The notes under the pieces are model-generated. The model made no database searches. It saw nothing but the letters and a program-made list of their open reading frames with translations, and was not told where the DNA came from. A stretch of DNA of 64,000 nt from Candidatus Delongbacteria bacterium (GTDB taxonomy: Bacteria; CAIWAD01), in NCBI GenBank assembly GCA_963663545.1, contig OY760505.1, forward strand, positions 384,001 through 448,000, in the 5' to 3' direction. Position numbers and translations under genes: made by a program. Of this stretch, positions 10,439 through 19,492 are shown piece after piece. Within the stretch, counting starts at the first letter, position 1. Each line of letters starts with the position of its first letter.

Positions 10439-11086
10439 CTATTGTGGGTCTGCGTTCGTCATCATGATCTGGATTTCAGCCAGTACGCGGTCAGCCACTC
10501 GCTGGTAGGCGGCTGCTTTTCCTCCCTCGACAGCCTGATCCTCCAGAATGGCGCGGATCTCCTTAGCAGGAATGGGATGCCCGTACTCCAGCAGCAAGCT
10601 CGGGCGATGGCGCAGGAAGCGCGCCTTCTGTCGTGATCCAAGTACCAGGACCGGCAGAATGTCGCAGTTGCAGCTGGCGGCCAGCATACCTACACCGGCA
10701 CGCGCTTTCCCCAGCTTGCCGTCACGACTGCGGGTTCCTTCAGGAAAGACCAGCAGGTTGCGACCTTCCTTGAGCAGCCCGGCCAGCCGATTCATCGCCT
10801 TGCGATCGCTGCCTTCGCGGTCAATGGGAATCGCATTGAAGTAGCGTATCACGGCACCCAGAAAGCGGTTTTCGAAAAGCTGGCGCTTGGCCACGATAAA
10901 CAACTCCACCGGCAGCCAGCTGCCTACCAGCGGTGGATCGAAATTGGACTGGTGATTGGAAGCCACAATCAGCTGTCTGTCTCGCGGCACGCGTTCGCGA
11001 CCACGCACGTCGACGGCGAACAGGCAGCGTATCACGAGTCGCAGTACGCCCTGCGCAAAGTAGTACGTGGGGCGGCGACGGCTCAC
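10439..11086 (-). CDS. plsC: 1-acyl-sn-glycerol-3-phosphate acyltransferase
   Basis: NHQSNFD and FPEGTRS motifs; GTG start overlaps the cmk stop. Confidence 0.92.
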   Translation of the reverse strand: MSRRRPTYYFAQGVLRLVIRCLFAVDVRGRERVPRDRQLIVASNHQSNFDPPLVGSWLPVELFIVAKRQLFENRFLGAVIRYFNAIPIDREGSDRKAMNRLAGLLKEGRNLLVFPEGTRSRDGKLGKARAGVGMLAASCNCDILPVLVLGSRQKARFLRHRPSLLLEYGHPIPAKEIRAILEDQAVEGGKAAAYQRVADRVLAEIQIMMTNADPQ

Positions 11087-11757
11087 GGATTCTGCTCCAA
11101 CTCTTCGCGTACTCGTGACACGATCCAATGAACCTGCTGCTCGATGCTCAGTCCGGTGGTATCCAGCTCCACTGCATCCACAGCCTTTTTCAACGGCCCC
11201 ACTTCGCGAGTGGAATCGATATGGTCGCGGCGAGCGATCTCATCCATCAGCTGCTGCAGGCTTACACTCTGGCCGCGCTCGCTCAACTCGCGCTGGCGTC
11301 GCAGAGCGCGCTCCTCCAAGCTTGCCACCAGGAAAAATTTGAAGCGCGCGTCGGGAAAGACCACTGTGCCGATGTCGCGTCCGTCTACAATTGTAGCACG
11401 ACGGCTTCCCAGTTCACGCTGGAAGAGTACCATGTACTCGCGCACATCGGCCATGGTGCACAGCGGACCCATCACTCGTGATACTCGATTCTCACGAATG
11501 CGCTCGCTCACATCCGTATCACCTAGACGCACACAGGTTCCCTCGATCGTGAGCTGCAGAGTTTTCAACAGCGGCACAACGGCTTCTGCACGAGCAGGGT
11601 CGGCGCCGTGATCCAGCACATGCAGCGTGAAAGCGCGGTACATCGCGCCCGTATCGAGGTACTGAATCCCCAGCTCCTTGGCGACCGCCTTGGCCGTGGT
11701 GCTCTTGCCCGAAGCTGCCGGTCCGTCCAGAGCGATCTGGTAGATGTCCTGTGTCAC
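11083..11757 (-). CDS. cmk: Cytidylate kinase
   Basis: IALDGPAASGKST, YLDTGAMYR, DGRDIGTVVFPDA. Confidence 0.97.
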   Translation of the reverse strand: MTQDIYQIALDGPAASGKSTTAKAVAKELGIQYLDTGAMYRAFTLHVLDHGADPARAEAVVPLLKTLQLTIEGTCVRLGDTDVSERIRENRVSRVMGPLCTMADVREYMVLFQRELGSRRATIVDGRDIGTVVFPDARFKFFLVASLEERALRRQRELSERGQSVSLQQLMDEIARRDHIDSTREVGPLKKAVDAVELDTTGLSIEQQVHWIVSRVREELEQNP

Positions 11758-13424
11758 GCCTTCTTCCTTCCGGTGCCACGCTCTTTGCCGCGAGTACCCT
11801 GGCGCGGACGATCCGGTTTGGCGGAATACTCGCCGGGAGTTCGCTGTCCGCGCTTGGCTCCGCTATCGCGCTCCTTGCCACGTGTCTCACGGCTCGGACG
11901 ATCCGGTTTGGCGGAATACTCGCCGGGAGTTCGCTGTCCGCGTTTGGCTCCGCTGTCGCGCTCCTTGCCACGTGTCTCACGGCTCGGACGATCCGGTTTG
12001 GCGAAATACTCGCCGGGAGTTCGCTGTCCACGCTTGGCTCCGCTGTCGCGCTCCTTGCCACGTGTCTCACGGCTCGGACGATCCGGTTTGGCGGAATACT
12101 CGCCGGGAGTTCGCTGTCCACGCTTGGCTCCGCTGTCGCGCTCCTTGCCACGTGTCTCACGGCTCGGACGATCCGGTTTGGCGGAATACTCGCCGGGAGT
12201 TCGCTGTCCGCGCTTGGCTCCGCTGTCGCGCTCCTTGCCACGTGTCTCACGGCTCGGACGATCCGGTTTGGCGGAATACTCGCCGGGAGTTCGCTGTCCA
12301 CGCTTGGCGGTCTTGCGTCCTGTATCACGGGAGTCGCTCGGACGCGATCCCCGGCCGGAGCGACCCGATCCGGGGTTTCTACTCTCTGCAGTCTCCTCAT
12401 CTCGATTCCGCACTTCGCCGCCACGTGTGTTAGGTGATACGGATGATCGTGATCCACGCTTCATCCTGTCAGAGAAAGGCGCAGCTGCTTCCTTTGCCGG
12501 AGTGCTGCGCTTGCGTGCTTCGCGATGTTCTGCATCACGCTTCGCATCGGCAATGGCGATTTCGGCTTCGTCCCTGAATCTGCGCGCGGATTTGGGCTTG
12601 GCAGCGCGATAGGCGGCAGACTTCTTTGTGGACTGTTTCTCTACACGCGCAGGCTTGATCAGCCCAGTGGCACCTTCTTGTTGCGCACGCGCTCGCTCAC
12701 TCAGGTTCTCCTCGCGTGTCATTTGGGCTTCACGCTTCAAACGCAGCACTTCGGCTCCGCTGAGAATGCGCCACTGGCCGGGTTCCAGGTCGCTGATGCC
12801 CATGCCACCGATGGTGCGCCGGGTCAGTCGCTTGACCTTGACATCCAGGCTGCCCATCATGCGACGGATCTGCCGGTTGCGACCTTCACGCAGGGTAATG
12901 ATGTAACGCGGCCGTCCGCGCCCGACGCGTTCGATGTCAGCAGGTTTGGTGCGGCTGCCATCCAGCTTGATGCCGCGCTGAAAGCGGCCGAGTTCGATTT
13001 CCGTCAACTCACGGTCGGTGAGCACCAGATAGGTCTTCTCCACGTGGCTGCTAGGATGTGCCAGCAGTTGGGCCAGCTCACCGTCGCTGGTCATCAACAG
13101 CGCGCCGTTGCTCTCCTTGTCGAGGCGCCCGATGGGAAACACTCGCTGCGGCAGTTCCACCAGGTCGCGCACAGTTTTGCGTCCGTGGGTGTCCTGCATC
13201 GTGGTCACGACGCCGCGCGGCTTGTTGAGCAGTATGGTAATGTGCTTCTCGGTAATCTCCACGACGCGACCGCGCACCGTGATGTGATCCTCGACGGTGT
13301 TCACCTGCGATCCAGGCGAAGTACAAACAGCTCCATTCACGCGTACTACGCCCGACAGTACCAGTTCATCCGCGGCACGACGGCTGCAGACGCCACAACG
13401 GGCGAGGTACTGATTGATTCTCAT
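11754..13424 (-). CDS. rluB: Pseudouridine synthase (RluB/RsuA family) with long basic repeat tail
   Basis: S4 domain MRINQYLA...SRRAAD, GRLD catalytic motif, EGRNRQIRRM; lies after scpAB. Confidence 0.88.
   Translation of the reverse strand: MRINQYLARCGVCSRRAADELVLSGVVRVNGAVCTSPGSQVNTVEDHITVRGRVVEITEKHITILLNKPRGVVTTMQDTHGRKTVRDLVELPQRVFPIGRLDKESNGALLMTSDGELAQLLAHPSSHVEKTYLVLTDRELTEIELGRFQRGIKLDGSRTKPADIERVGRGRPRYIITLREGRNRQIRRMMGSLDVKVKRLTRRTIGGMGISDLEPGQWRILSGAEVLRLKREAQMTREENLSERARAQQEGATGLIKPARVEKQSTKKSAAYRAAKPKSARRFRDEAEIAIADAKRDAEHREARKRSTPAKEAAAPFSDRMKRGSRSSVSPNTRGGEVRNRDEETAESRNPGSGRSGRGSRPSDSRDTGRKTAKRGQRTPGEYSAKPDRPSRETRGKERDSGAKRGQRTPGEYSAKPDRPSRETRGKERDSGAKRGQRTPGEYSAKPDRPSRETRGKERDSGAKRGQRTPGEYFAKPDRPSRETRGKERDSGAKRGQRTPGEYSAKPDRPSRETRGKERDSGAKRGQRTPGEYSAKPDRPRQGTRGKERGTGRKKA
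11770..12308 (-). repeat. In-frame tandem repeat, 90-bp unit, about 6 copies
   Basis: cggacgatccggtttggc recurs at 11805, 11895, 11985, 12075, 12165 and 12255. Confidence 0.97.
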
Positions 13425-14518
13425 GTAGTCCTTCTTTCCAGGGAGGAATCCGCCTCGTGATCCGTTGTCGGCGGGATATGGTTGTGGACCTGTGATACAT
13501 CATCATACTCATCAACCAGAGGGGAATCCTGTGTCACAGATGAATGCGCCACGCTCTCGTCCTCGCTCGATTCCTCTGGTACAGCAGACACGCCTTCGTC
13601 AATAGGCGCGTCGTCACGTTTATCGCGACTTGGATCCACGGGAAAATCACTTGGATCAGCTTCCATGGAGTCTCCCTGTATCACGCCGGAGGAATCCTTC
13701 TCCTCGTCGACGGGATTCCGCTCCCCCAGCAGCTCTGGCGGCAGATCCTCATCACCGTGATCGCGTCCCTTCAGCAGGTCCTTGATCTCTTTCAATCGCG
13801 GCAAATCATCCAGCGCGCGCAGACCGAAGTACTCCAGAAACTCGCGTGTAGTACGGTAGAGCAAAGGGCGGCCAACGGCATCACTGCGGCCACCAATCTC
13901 CACAAGTTTGCGATCCAGCAGAGTGCGTATCACGCCGTCCGCCTTGACACCACGAATAGCTTCGATCTCGGTTTTGGTCAGCGGCTGTTTGTAGGCCACC
14001 ACAGCCAAAGTCTCGAGGGCCGCACGGGACAGTCGCTGCTTGACTCGCGTCTTCAGCAGCTTGCGCAACAGCTCGCCGTAACGACGTCGGCTGACCAGCT
14101 GCACTCCGCCCGCCAGTTCGCGCAGAGTAAAGGCGCGCCCCTGCTCCTCGTAATCGCGGTTCAGGGCTTCAATAGCCTCGCGCACATCTTCTGGAAAGCA
14201 GCCCAGGACCGCAGCCAGGCCCTCAACCGAAAGCACTTCCTCGCTACCGAACAGCAGCGCCTCTACCAGATCGCGTCCATCTTCGTGCATGGCCGAGCCC
14301 AGCAGTTGAGTGGCGGCCACTTCACGCAAAAAAACGGCGGGCAGGTTTTCTTCGGCATCTTCAACGGAAGCAGCCATTTCCTCTTCCGCAAAAAGATCCT
14401 CTTCAGCCTGCGCCCGCGCCTGCTTTCCGTCGTCCTCCACCGGGCCCGTGCCACCACCAACGGCCTGCGACTCCGGCTCATCTGCTGATCGTCTCAGCAT
14501 GCTGATTTCCTCATTCAT
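13421..14518 (-). CDS. scpB: SMC-Scp complex subunit ScpB with acidic extensions
   Basis: LSRAALETLAVVAYKQP...IRGV...GRPLLYRTTREFLEYFGL. Confidence 0.96.
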   Translation of the reverse strand: MNEEISMLRRSADEPESQAVGGGTGPVEDDGKQARAQAEEDLFAEEEMAASVEDAEENLPAVFLREVAATQLLGSAMHEDGRDLVEALLFGSEEVLSVEGLAAVLGCFPEDVREAIEALNRDYEEQGRAFTLRELAGGVQLVSRRRYGELLRKLLKTRVKQRLSRAALETLAVVAYKQPLTKTEIEAIRGVKADGVIRTLLDRKLVEIGGRSDAVGRPLLYRTTREFLEYFGLRALDDLPRLKEIKDLLKGRDHGDEDLPPELLGERNPVDEEKDSSGVIQGDSMEADPSDFPVDPSRDKRDDAPIDEGVSAVPEESSEDESVAHSSVTQDSPLVDEYDDVSQVHNHIPPTTDHEADSSLERRTT

Positions 14519-14536
14519 GCGTTTGTATCACGGCGC

Positions 14537-15292
14537 CTAAGCGCTCTCGCGCAGCATGCGCAGCCAGTCGTCAAGTTGGCTCGGATCAAAAAGCCAGATC
14601 TCGCTACGCGGATTGTGCTGGCGTGCAATCACCTCCTGGTGACGCGCCAGATCCAGAACAGCCAGGAAACTGACCACCATCAGATTGCGATCCTCCGGGT
14701 CGTCAATGACGCGGCCCAACGGAAAACACGCCTGCTCGCGTAGACGGTCACGAATGCTGCGAATCTGATCCTCAACCGTGAAGCGGAAGAGTTCCACATC
14801 GTGTGTCACAACACCGCGGGGACGCTCCTGCATCTCGGCAAAGCAGCAGGCCAGATCGAAGAGACTGACGTCCTGCAGGCTTTCATCGCGGGTTTCAGGC
14901 TCCACCCAATCCAGATTGAAATAGCGGCGTGGATGGATGCCGCGCATCTCGTGCTCAAGATCCTGCAATCGCTCGCTGATTTCACGGAACTGGCGGTACT
15001 CCAGCAGCCGCTCGACGAGCTCGCGGCGCGGATCTTCGGATTCTTCCTCCTGCTGCTGTTCGCGCGGCAGTAACATGCGCGCCTTGATCTGCAGCAGGGT
15101 GGCCGACATCAGAATGAAATCGCCAGCCAGATCCAGATCCACTTCGTCGATCTGCTCCATGTACTGCAGGTACTGGCGCGTGATGGCAACGATGGGAATG
15201 TCATAGATGTCGATCTCGTTCTCTCGAATGAGAAAGAGCAGCAGATCGAGCGGACCTTCGAAGTCCTGCAACATGACTTTGTACGCGGGCAC
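14537..15292 (-). CDS. scpA: Segregation/condensation protein A
   Basis: FEGPLDLLLFLI...DIPI...DPRRELVERLLEY; GTG start after GGAGG. Confidence 0.96.
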   Translation of the reverse strand: MPAYKVMLQDFEGPLDLLLFLIRENEIDIYDIPIVAITRQYLQYMEQIDEVDLDLAGDFILMSATLLQIKARMLLPREQQQEEESEDPRRELVERLLEYRQFREISERLQDLEHEMRGIHPRRYFNLDWVEPETRDESLQDVSLFDLACCFAEMQERPRGVVTHDVELFRFTVEDQIRSIRDRLREQACFPLGRVIDDPEDRNLMVVSFLAVLDLARHQEVIARQHNPRSEIWLFDPSQLDDWLRMLRESA

Positions 15293-15474
15293 ACGGCCTC
15301 CAAATTCCTTGACCGGGCAAGGTAGCAAACCCATCCACATGCGACCAGTGCTGCTTGATATTGGTCGATATCAACAAGTGTACGTCAACCAAATCACTGC
15401 TCATATAAACCACTCCTGCTTCGTACGCGAGCAGGATCGGCCCAAGTCAAAGCTAATCCTCGACGATGTCCCGA

Positions 15475-15490
15475 TTGGCATAGGGCTTGC
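15475..15490 (+). promoter_or_regulatory. Sigma-54 (-24/-12) promoter
   Basis: TTGGCAtagggcTTGC with exact GG-N10-GC spacing, just upstream of RBS AAGGAG and ATG 15517. Confidence 0.6.
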
Positions 15491-15516
15491 CCCATGCCAT
15501 AAAAAAGGAGAGCCTC

Positions 15517-15684
15517 ATGCGACGCAATTACGAAAGCGAGAATGCAGATGCGGCCCTGTGGATGGAAGAGGAATGGGCCCTCAGTCGGCGCGATCTGTGG
15601 CGCACGGGCTTTCATTATCTGCTTTGCTGTATTGTGGCGCCTCTGGTTGTCGGGCTGAGTCTGCATCAGCTGTTTCTTGGCTGA
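15517..15684 (+). CDS. 55-aa small membrane protein
   Basis: Strong RBS, C-terminal hydrophobic segment, fills the intergenic gap. Confidence 0.6.
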   Translation: MRRNYESENADAALWMEEEWALSRRDLWRTGFHYLLCCIVAPLVVGLSLHQLFLG

Positions 15685-15720
15685 AGAGCATCTCGGTCGA
15701 TGCTTGGCGCTTTAGTGCCG

Positions 15721-17151
15721 CTAACGGAGTGGTGCCAGTACCCGGAATACCCGGCTTTGACTCCCAGTCTTCCACTCCAGGAAGTAGAGGCCCGCTGCCA
15801 GAGAAGCGGGCAATTGTAGCAGCGCGCTGCGCTCACCGGCCATTTGCTCGCCTAGCCGATATCGGTGGATCTCCTGCCCCAGCAGATTGTATAGGCGGCC
15901 GTCGACCCCACCCTGATTCGCTTGCTCCCAGTACACACGAAACACACTCTGCGCATTGGCCAGCAAAGCGTCCGATTGGCGCTGTGGAAGGATTTCCTGC
16001 GGCGGATAGTTGTTCTGTTGTAGGGCGTCCCAGGCGTGCACGGTCCAGGCATCACACCATTCGGCGCGGGCGGCGCTGCTCAGCTCAAGGGGCCTATCGG
16101 CGTCCCAAAACTGAGCGAAGGCTTGATCACAAACGGGCATCCAGCCCGGAAGGTCCTCGGGATGCAACCAGCAGACGCTGCTGGTGAAAGTCATCAGCTC
16201 TTCCACACGGTCCTGCACCAGATCAGCCCACTGTCCGCCCGCGTCCAGGCTGCGGCACACGGCCAGTGGCGGATGCCCCGGCTCAACGGCCAACGGCGGA
16301 CTGGCCGCAGGAAAGCCCAGGCGCGCCAACATCATACCCGGGGAGGCATTCTCATCTGCACCGATTAGAACGGCTGCGCTACGCGTCCAGCGTCGGCAAA
16401 TGGTTTCCTGAAGCGAGCGCCCCAGCAAGGGGTGGTCTTGATCCGGTGAGACAAGATCCGTGGTGCATTGCCGCAGCAGAAACAGGGCATCGAGGGAGTC
16501 GACGCGTTCGGCCTGTCCAAGCATGGCCTCGGCACGCAGTCGTCGATCAATGCCGTAGCTGGAAAGCGGTGTAGTGCCGCTGTCGAGGTAATTGGTTCGC
16601 ACCAGCCAAGTAACACCCGCCTCTTCAGGGCGATAGCGCAGCCAGTAGGTGTTGTAGCACTCGTAGATGGCGCACGCACCGCTAGCGTCAAAGGCTCCGA
16701 AGTTTGACAAGCTGCGACGTCCAACCTGGTTGGTGGAGTCGAGAAGCGCCTCGAATTCGGCCAAGGTACTGCACTGCCTCAGCGCAATAGCCATCAGCTC
16801 GCCATTTCCCACACCCTCGCTCAAGTCATCGGGACCGTTTTGTGGCAGCGTATTGGCCACAGCAAAACTGGCGCTGTTGATGCCAGCCCAGTATTCGCTG
16901 GGATCGTCTGCATCGACAATGCCACACCAGGCCAGCCCGCCGGCCTCGGCATCGGCCTCAAGGGCGTGCAAACGCTGAGAAGTATCACGATTCTTCCACA
17001 GTAGCGGTCGACCATCCGGAGTCGACGCACCGCCGATGACAGCCATGGTGCATTCGTCATAGTCGACAAGTGCGGGCGGCAGTTGGCCCTGAATCAGCAG
17101 TAGCAGTGTCAGCGATAGCAGCACGCCACAGAGACGGCGCCAGGCACCCAT
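15721..17151 (-). CDS. Secreted Ntn-hydrolase (peptidase C45/C69-like) with degenerate sorting tail
   Basis: DE|CTMAVIGG...DGRPLLWKNRD, VRTNY; YNLLGQ...AGLYFL tail; start uncertain. Confidence 0.75.
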   Translation of the reverse strand: MGAWRRLCGVLLSLTLLLLIQGQLPPALVDYDECTMAVIGGASTPDGRPLLWKNRDTSQRLHALEADAEAGGLAWCGIVDADDPSEYWAGINSASFAVANTLPQNGPDDLSEGVGNGELMAIALRQCSTLAEFEALLDSTNQVGRRSLSNFGAFDASGACAIYECYNTYWLRYRPEEAGVTWLVRTNYLDSGTTPLSSYGIDRRLRAEAMLGQAERVDSLDALFLLRQCTTDLVSPDQDHPLLGRSLQETICRRWTRSAAVLIGADENASPGMMLARLGFPAASPPLAVEPGHPPLAVCRSLDAGGQWADLVQDRVEELMTFTSSVCWLHPEDLPGWMPVCDQAFAQFWDADRPLELSSAARAEWCDAWTVHAWDALQQNNYPPQEILPQRQSDALLANAQSVFRVYWEQANQGGVDGRLYNLLGQEIHRYRLGEQMAGERSALLQLPASLAAGLYFLEWKTGSQSRVFRVLAPLR

Positions 17152-17289
17152 CCTGCGAGTGATGCAATTTCTGATTCCGCTGACCAATGGTAGCTCCCTA
17201 GTGCACAGATCTATGGCCAAAACCGGACCCCTGCAAACGCAACATGAACACACCTCTTGCCAGGTTCGCCACAAACGCGCGGTGTTTCT

Positions 17290-18531
17290 CTACTCGACAA
17301 CGTCGTATCCCGCTTTGCGCACCAGATCGGTCAAGGCTGCGCGCGTCGCCGCAGGATCGGCGGGCATCTCCAATACGCGAAGGATTCCGCTGGAAAGCTC
17401 CAACTCAAACTCTCCAATCAGGCCGCTCTTCTTCAGTGCATCTTGTACGCGCCCCAGACAATGGGGACAGGTCATGCCTGCTATGGTCATGCTGAACTCG
17501 CTCATTCCAGCCTCCTTTGGTCTGGTGCTAAAACGTCCACGAAGGGTAGCAAGGTAATGCAGCAGCATCAGCCCGCCGACAAGGATGAAGCCAAGCCAGT
17601 GCCACCAGGCACCTCCCGGTCGATGCAAGTGATGCATTGTTTCGGTCGTCTGCTTCACCGACTGCGCTAGCGGTCCATTCACCAGTGCGCCGGCAGCCAG
17701 CGCCACCAGAGCGATGCTACTTAGGTAAATGGCCGTGGGGCGTCGCCCGAGCGAACTGCGCATCATGTTGAGGGTCACCATGTTGGTTGCGGGCCCGCTA
17801 AGCAGAAAGACCAGTGCAGCTCCGGGACTGACACCTTTCATGATCATAGCTGCAGCAATGGGCGTTGAAGCCGTCGCACAGACGTACATTGGAATTCCTG
17901 CGGCCAGCATGACCAGCAGCTCCAGCCAAGGTGCGTGGGAAAACAGTCCTTCAAAAAGCCCATCGGGCACCAGGACGAGAATGGCTGCTGCCAGCAGCAA
18001 TCCGATCATAAGGCTGTCCGCCAGACCGCCAAAGAGCTCCAGCAGAAAGCGCGGCACTCCTCGTAACCTGTCCAGAGCGTGCTCTTCCCTGTTGTCTCCC
18101 GGTGGTGATTCTGGTTTGATCCCTTTGCCACTCAGCGTGTTCTCAGCAAGACCGCCCAAGAGCGCGGTCACAAGAGCAGCTAGAATCCGGTACAGGGCAA
18201 ACCAGGGACCGAGCAAACCATAAGTAAGTGCATAACTGTCAGCGCCAATCTGTGGAGCCGCTGTCAGAAAGCTCACACTCGCACCCGTTGACGCGCCCTT
18301 ACGTCGCAAAGAGGCCACAACGGGGACTACACTGCAACTGCACAACGGCAAGGGAATGGCCAACAGAGTCGCCTTGATCACCGCAGATCCACTATTGCTG
18401 CCCAAGTGTCGAATAACTGTAGCCTCACCCAAAGCGACGTGCAATGCGGCTGCCACCAGCAGCCCGATGATGAGCAGAGGTGAGATTTCCAGGCTGAGCG
18501 TGAGGAAGGCCCTCAGGAAGTCCGCAAACAT
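17290..18531 (-). CDS. SO_0444-like metal permease with C-terminal HMA domain
   Basis: PLPLCSCSVVP, PMYVCATASTP, GMTCPHC. Confidence 0.9.
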   Translation of the reverse strand: MFADFLRAFLTLSLEISPLLIIGLLVAAALHVALGEATVIRHLGSNSGSAVIKATLLAIPLPLCSCSVVPVVASLRRKGASTGASVSFLTAAPQIGADSYALTYGLLGPWFALYRILAALVTALLGGLAENTLSGKGIKPESPPGDNREEHALDRLRGVPRFLLELFGGLADSLMIGLLLAAAILVLVPDGLFEGLFSHAPWLELLVMLAAGIPMYVCATASTPIAAAMIMKGVSPGAALVFLLSGPATNMVTLNMMRSSLGRRPTAIYLSSIALVALAAGALVNGPLAQSVKQTTETMHHLHRPGGAWWHWLGFILVGGLMLLHYLATLRGRFSTRPKEAGMSEFSMTIAGMTCPHCLGRVQDALKKSGLIGEFELELSSGILRVLEMPADPAATRAALTDLVRKAGYDVVE

Positions 18532-18610
18532 AGAGGGCTAATATGGAGTGGAAACGGCAAAGGTTCCAGGGGAATTGCAGTTTGTTTGGCGAGTCTCACT
18601 TTACTCGCAG

Positions 18611-19480
18611 TTAAGGTTCTACCCAATTCAATTCCACGCTACCCATCCCAACAGACAAATCGAAATCAAGATTACCTGGCCCGGCCTGCCAGTTATCTGA
18701 ATACCATGTATCCTCGCTGATACGTTCCAGGCGCGTGAAGTCATGATTGGAAAGGAAGCTGTCATCGTGGCGCATCTTCACACCGACATCCTCGGGCACC
18801 TTGAGGGCGAGGGATCCCATGCCCACATCCAAGGAAACATCCACATTGGTCCGGTAATGACCGTCAAAAGCAAGAGTAGCGGAGCCCAGGCCCCCAACGA
18901 AGCTAAGCTGTTTCATCCAGACGTTAGCAAGGCCACGTACTTCCATCGAGCCAAGCCCCGTGGCCAGTTCCATCTCATCCATCTCACCTTGGCAAGGTGT
19001 ATCAAAGGAAATGGCCACTTCCGACAAGCCCGTAGCAAACGACAAATGATGCAGCTGCATTCCACCCAACTCGACCTGGCCCGGGCCGAGACCGTAGGCA
19101 ACATCCAAATCAATGGGCAGACTGCGTGAGAAACTCAGCACCCAGTGGTCCTTGTTCTTACGACTGCCCAGGATCGAGTAGCCTTCCTCATCGTCCTCGC
19201 CACTGGAAAGGATCAGATGCCCGACACGGCTGCTTGTGGAAAAGTGGATAGTGGGCTCCCAATCTTCACCGTTTGCATCGGTGACTACAACGTCCAGCTG
19301 CATCGAAACGAGAGGCTCACCATCGTGGGTGCGTATATCCAGCTGCGCAGCTCCCAGGTGCAGCTCGATTGAAGCAGAGTCCAGCCCATGTAGCGGGATT
19401 TCACGCTCAACTCGCTTCACTTCGGCCGCCCGACTCAGGCCGATCAGACACAGGACGAGGGCTAAGCTACTTCTAAACAT
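18611..19480 (-). CDS. Exported beta-solenoid (LiaF/toast-rack-like) envelope protein
   Basis: Signal peptide; repeated GLG/GMG strands; last gene of the ECF operon. Confidence 0.6.
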   Translation of the reverse strand: MFRSSLALVLCLIGLSRAAEVKRVEREIPLHGLDSASIELHLGAAQLDIRTHDGEPLVSMQLDVVVTDANGEDWEPTIHFSTSSRVGHLILSSGEDDEEGYSILGSRKNKDHWVLSFSRSLPIDLDVAYGLGPGQVELGGMQLHHLSFATGLSEVAISFDTPCQGEMDEMELATGLGSMEVRGLANVWMKQLSFVGGLGSATLAFDGHYRTNVDVSLDVGMGSLALKVPEDVGVKMRHDDSFLSNHDFTRLERISEDTWYSDNWQAGPGNLDFDLSVGMGSVELNWVEP

Positions 19481-19492
19481 GGTGTCCTCCGA

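Noticed and set aside
11770-12308. Possible CRISPR array
   Set aside because: The 90-bp units are contiguous with no unique spacers, are in frame within rluB, and no cas genes are present.
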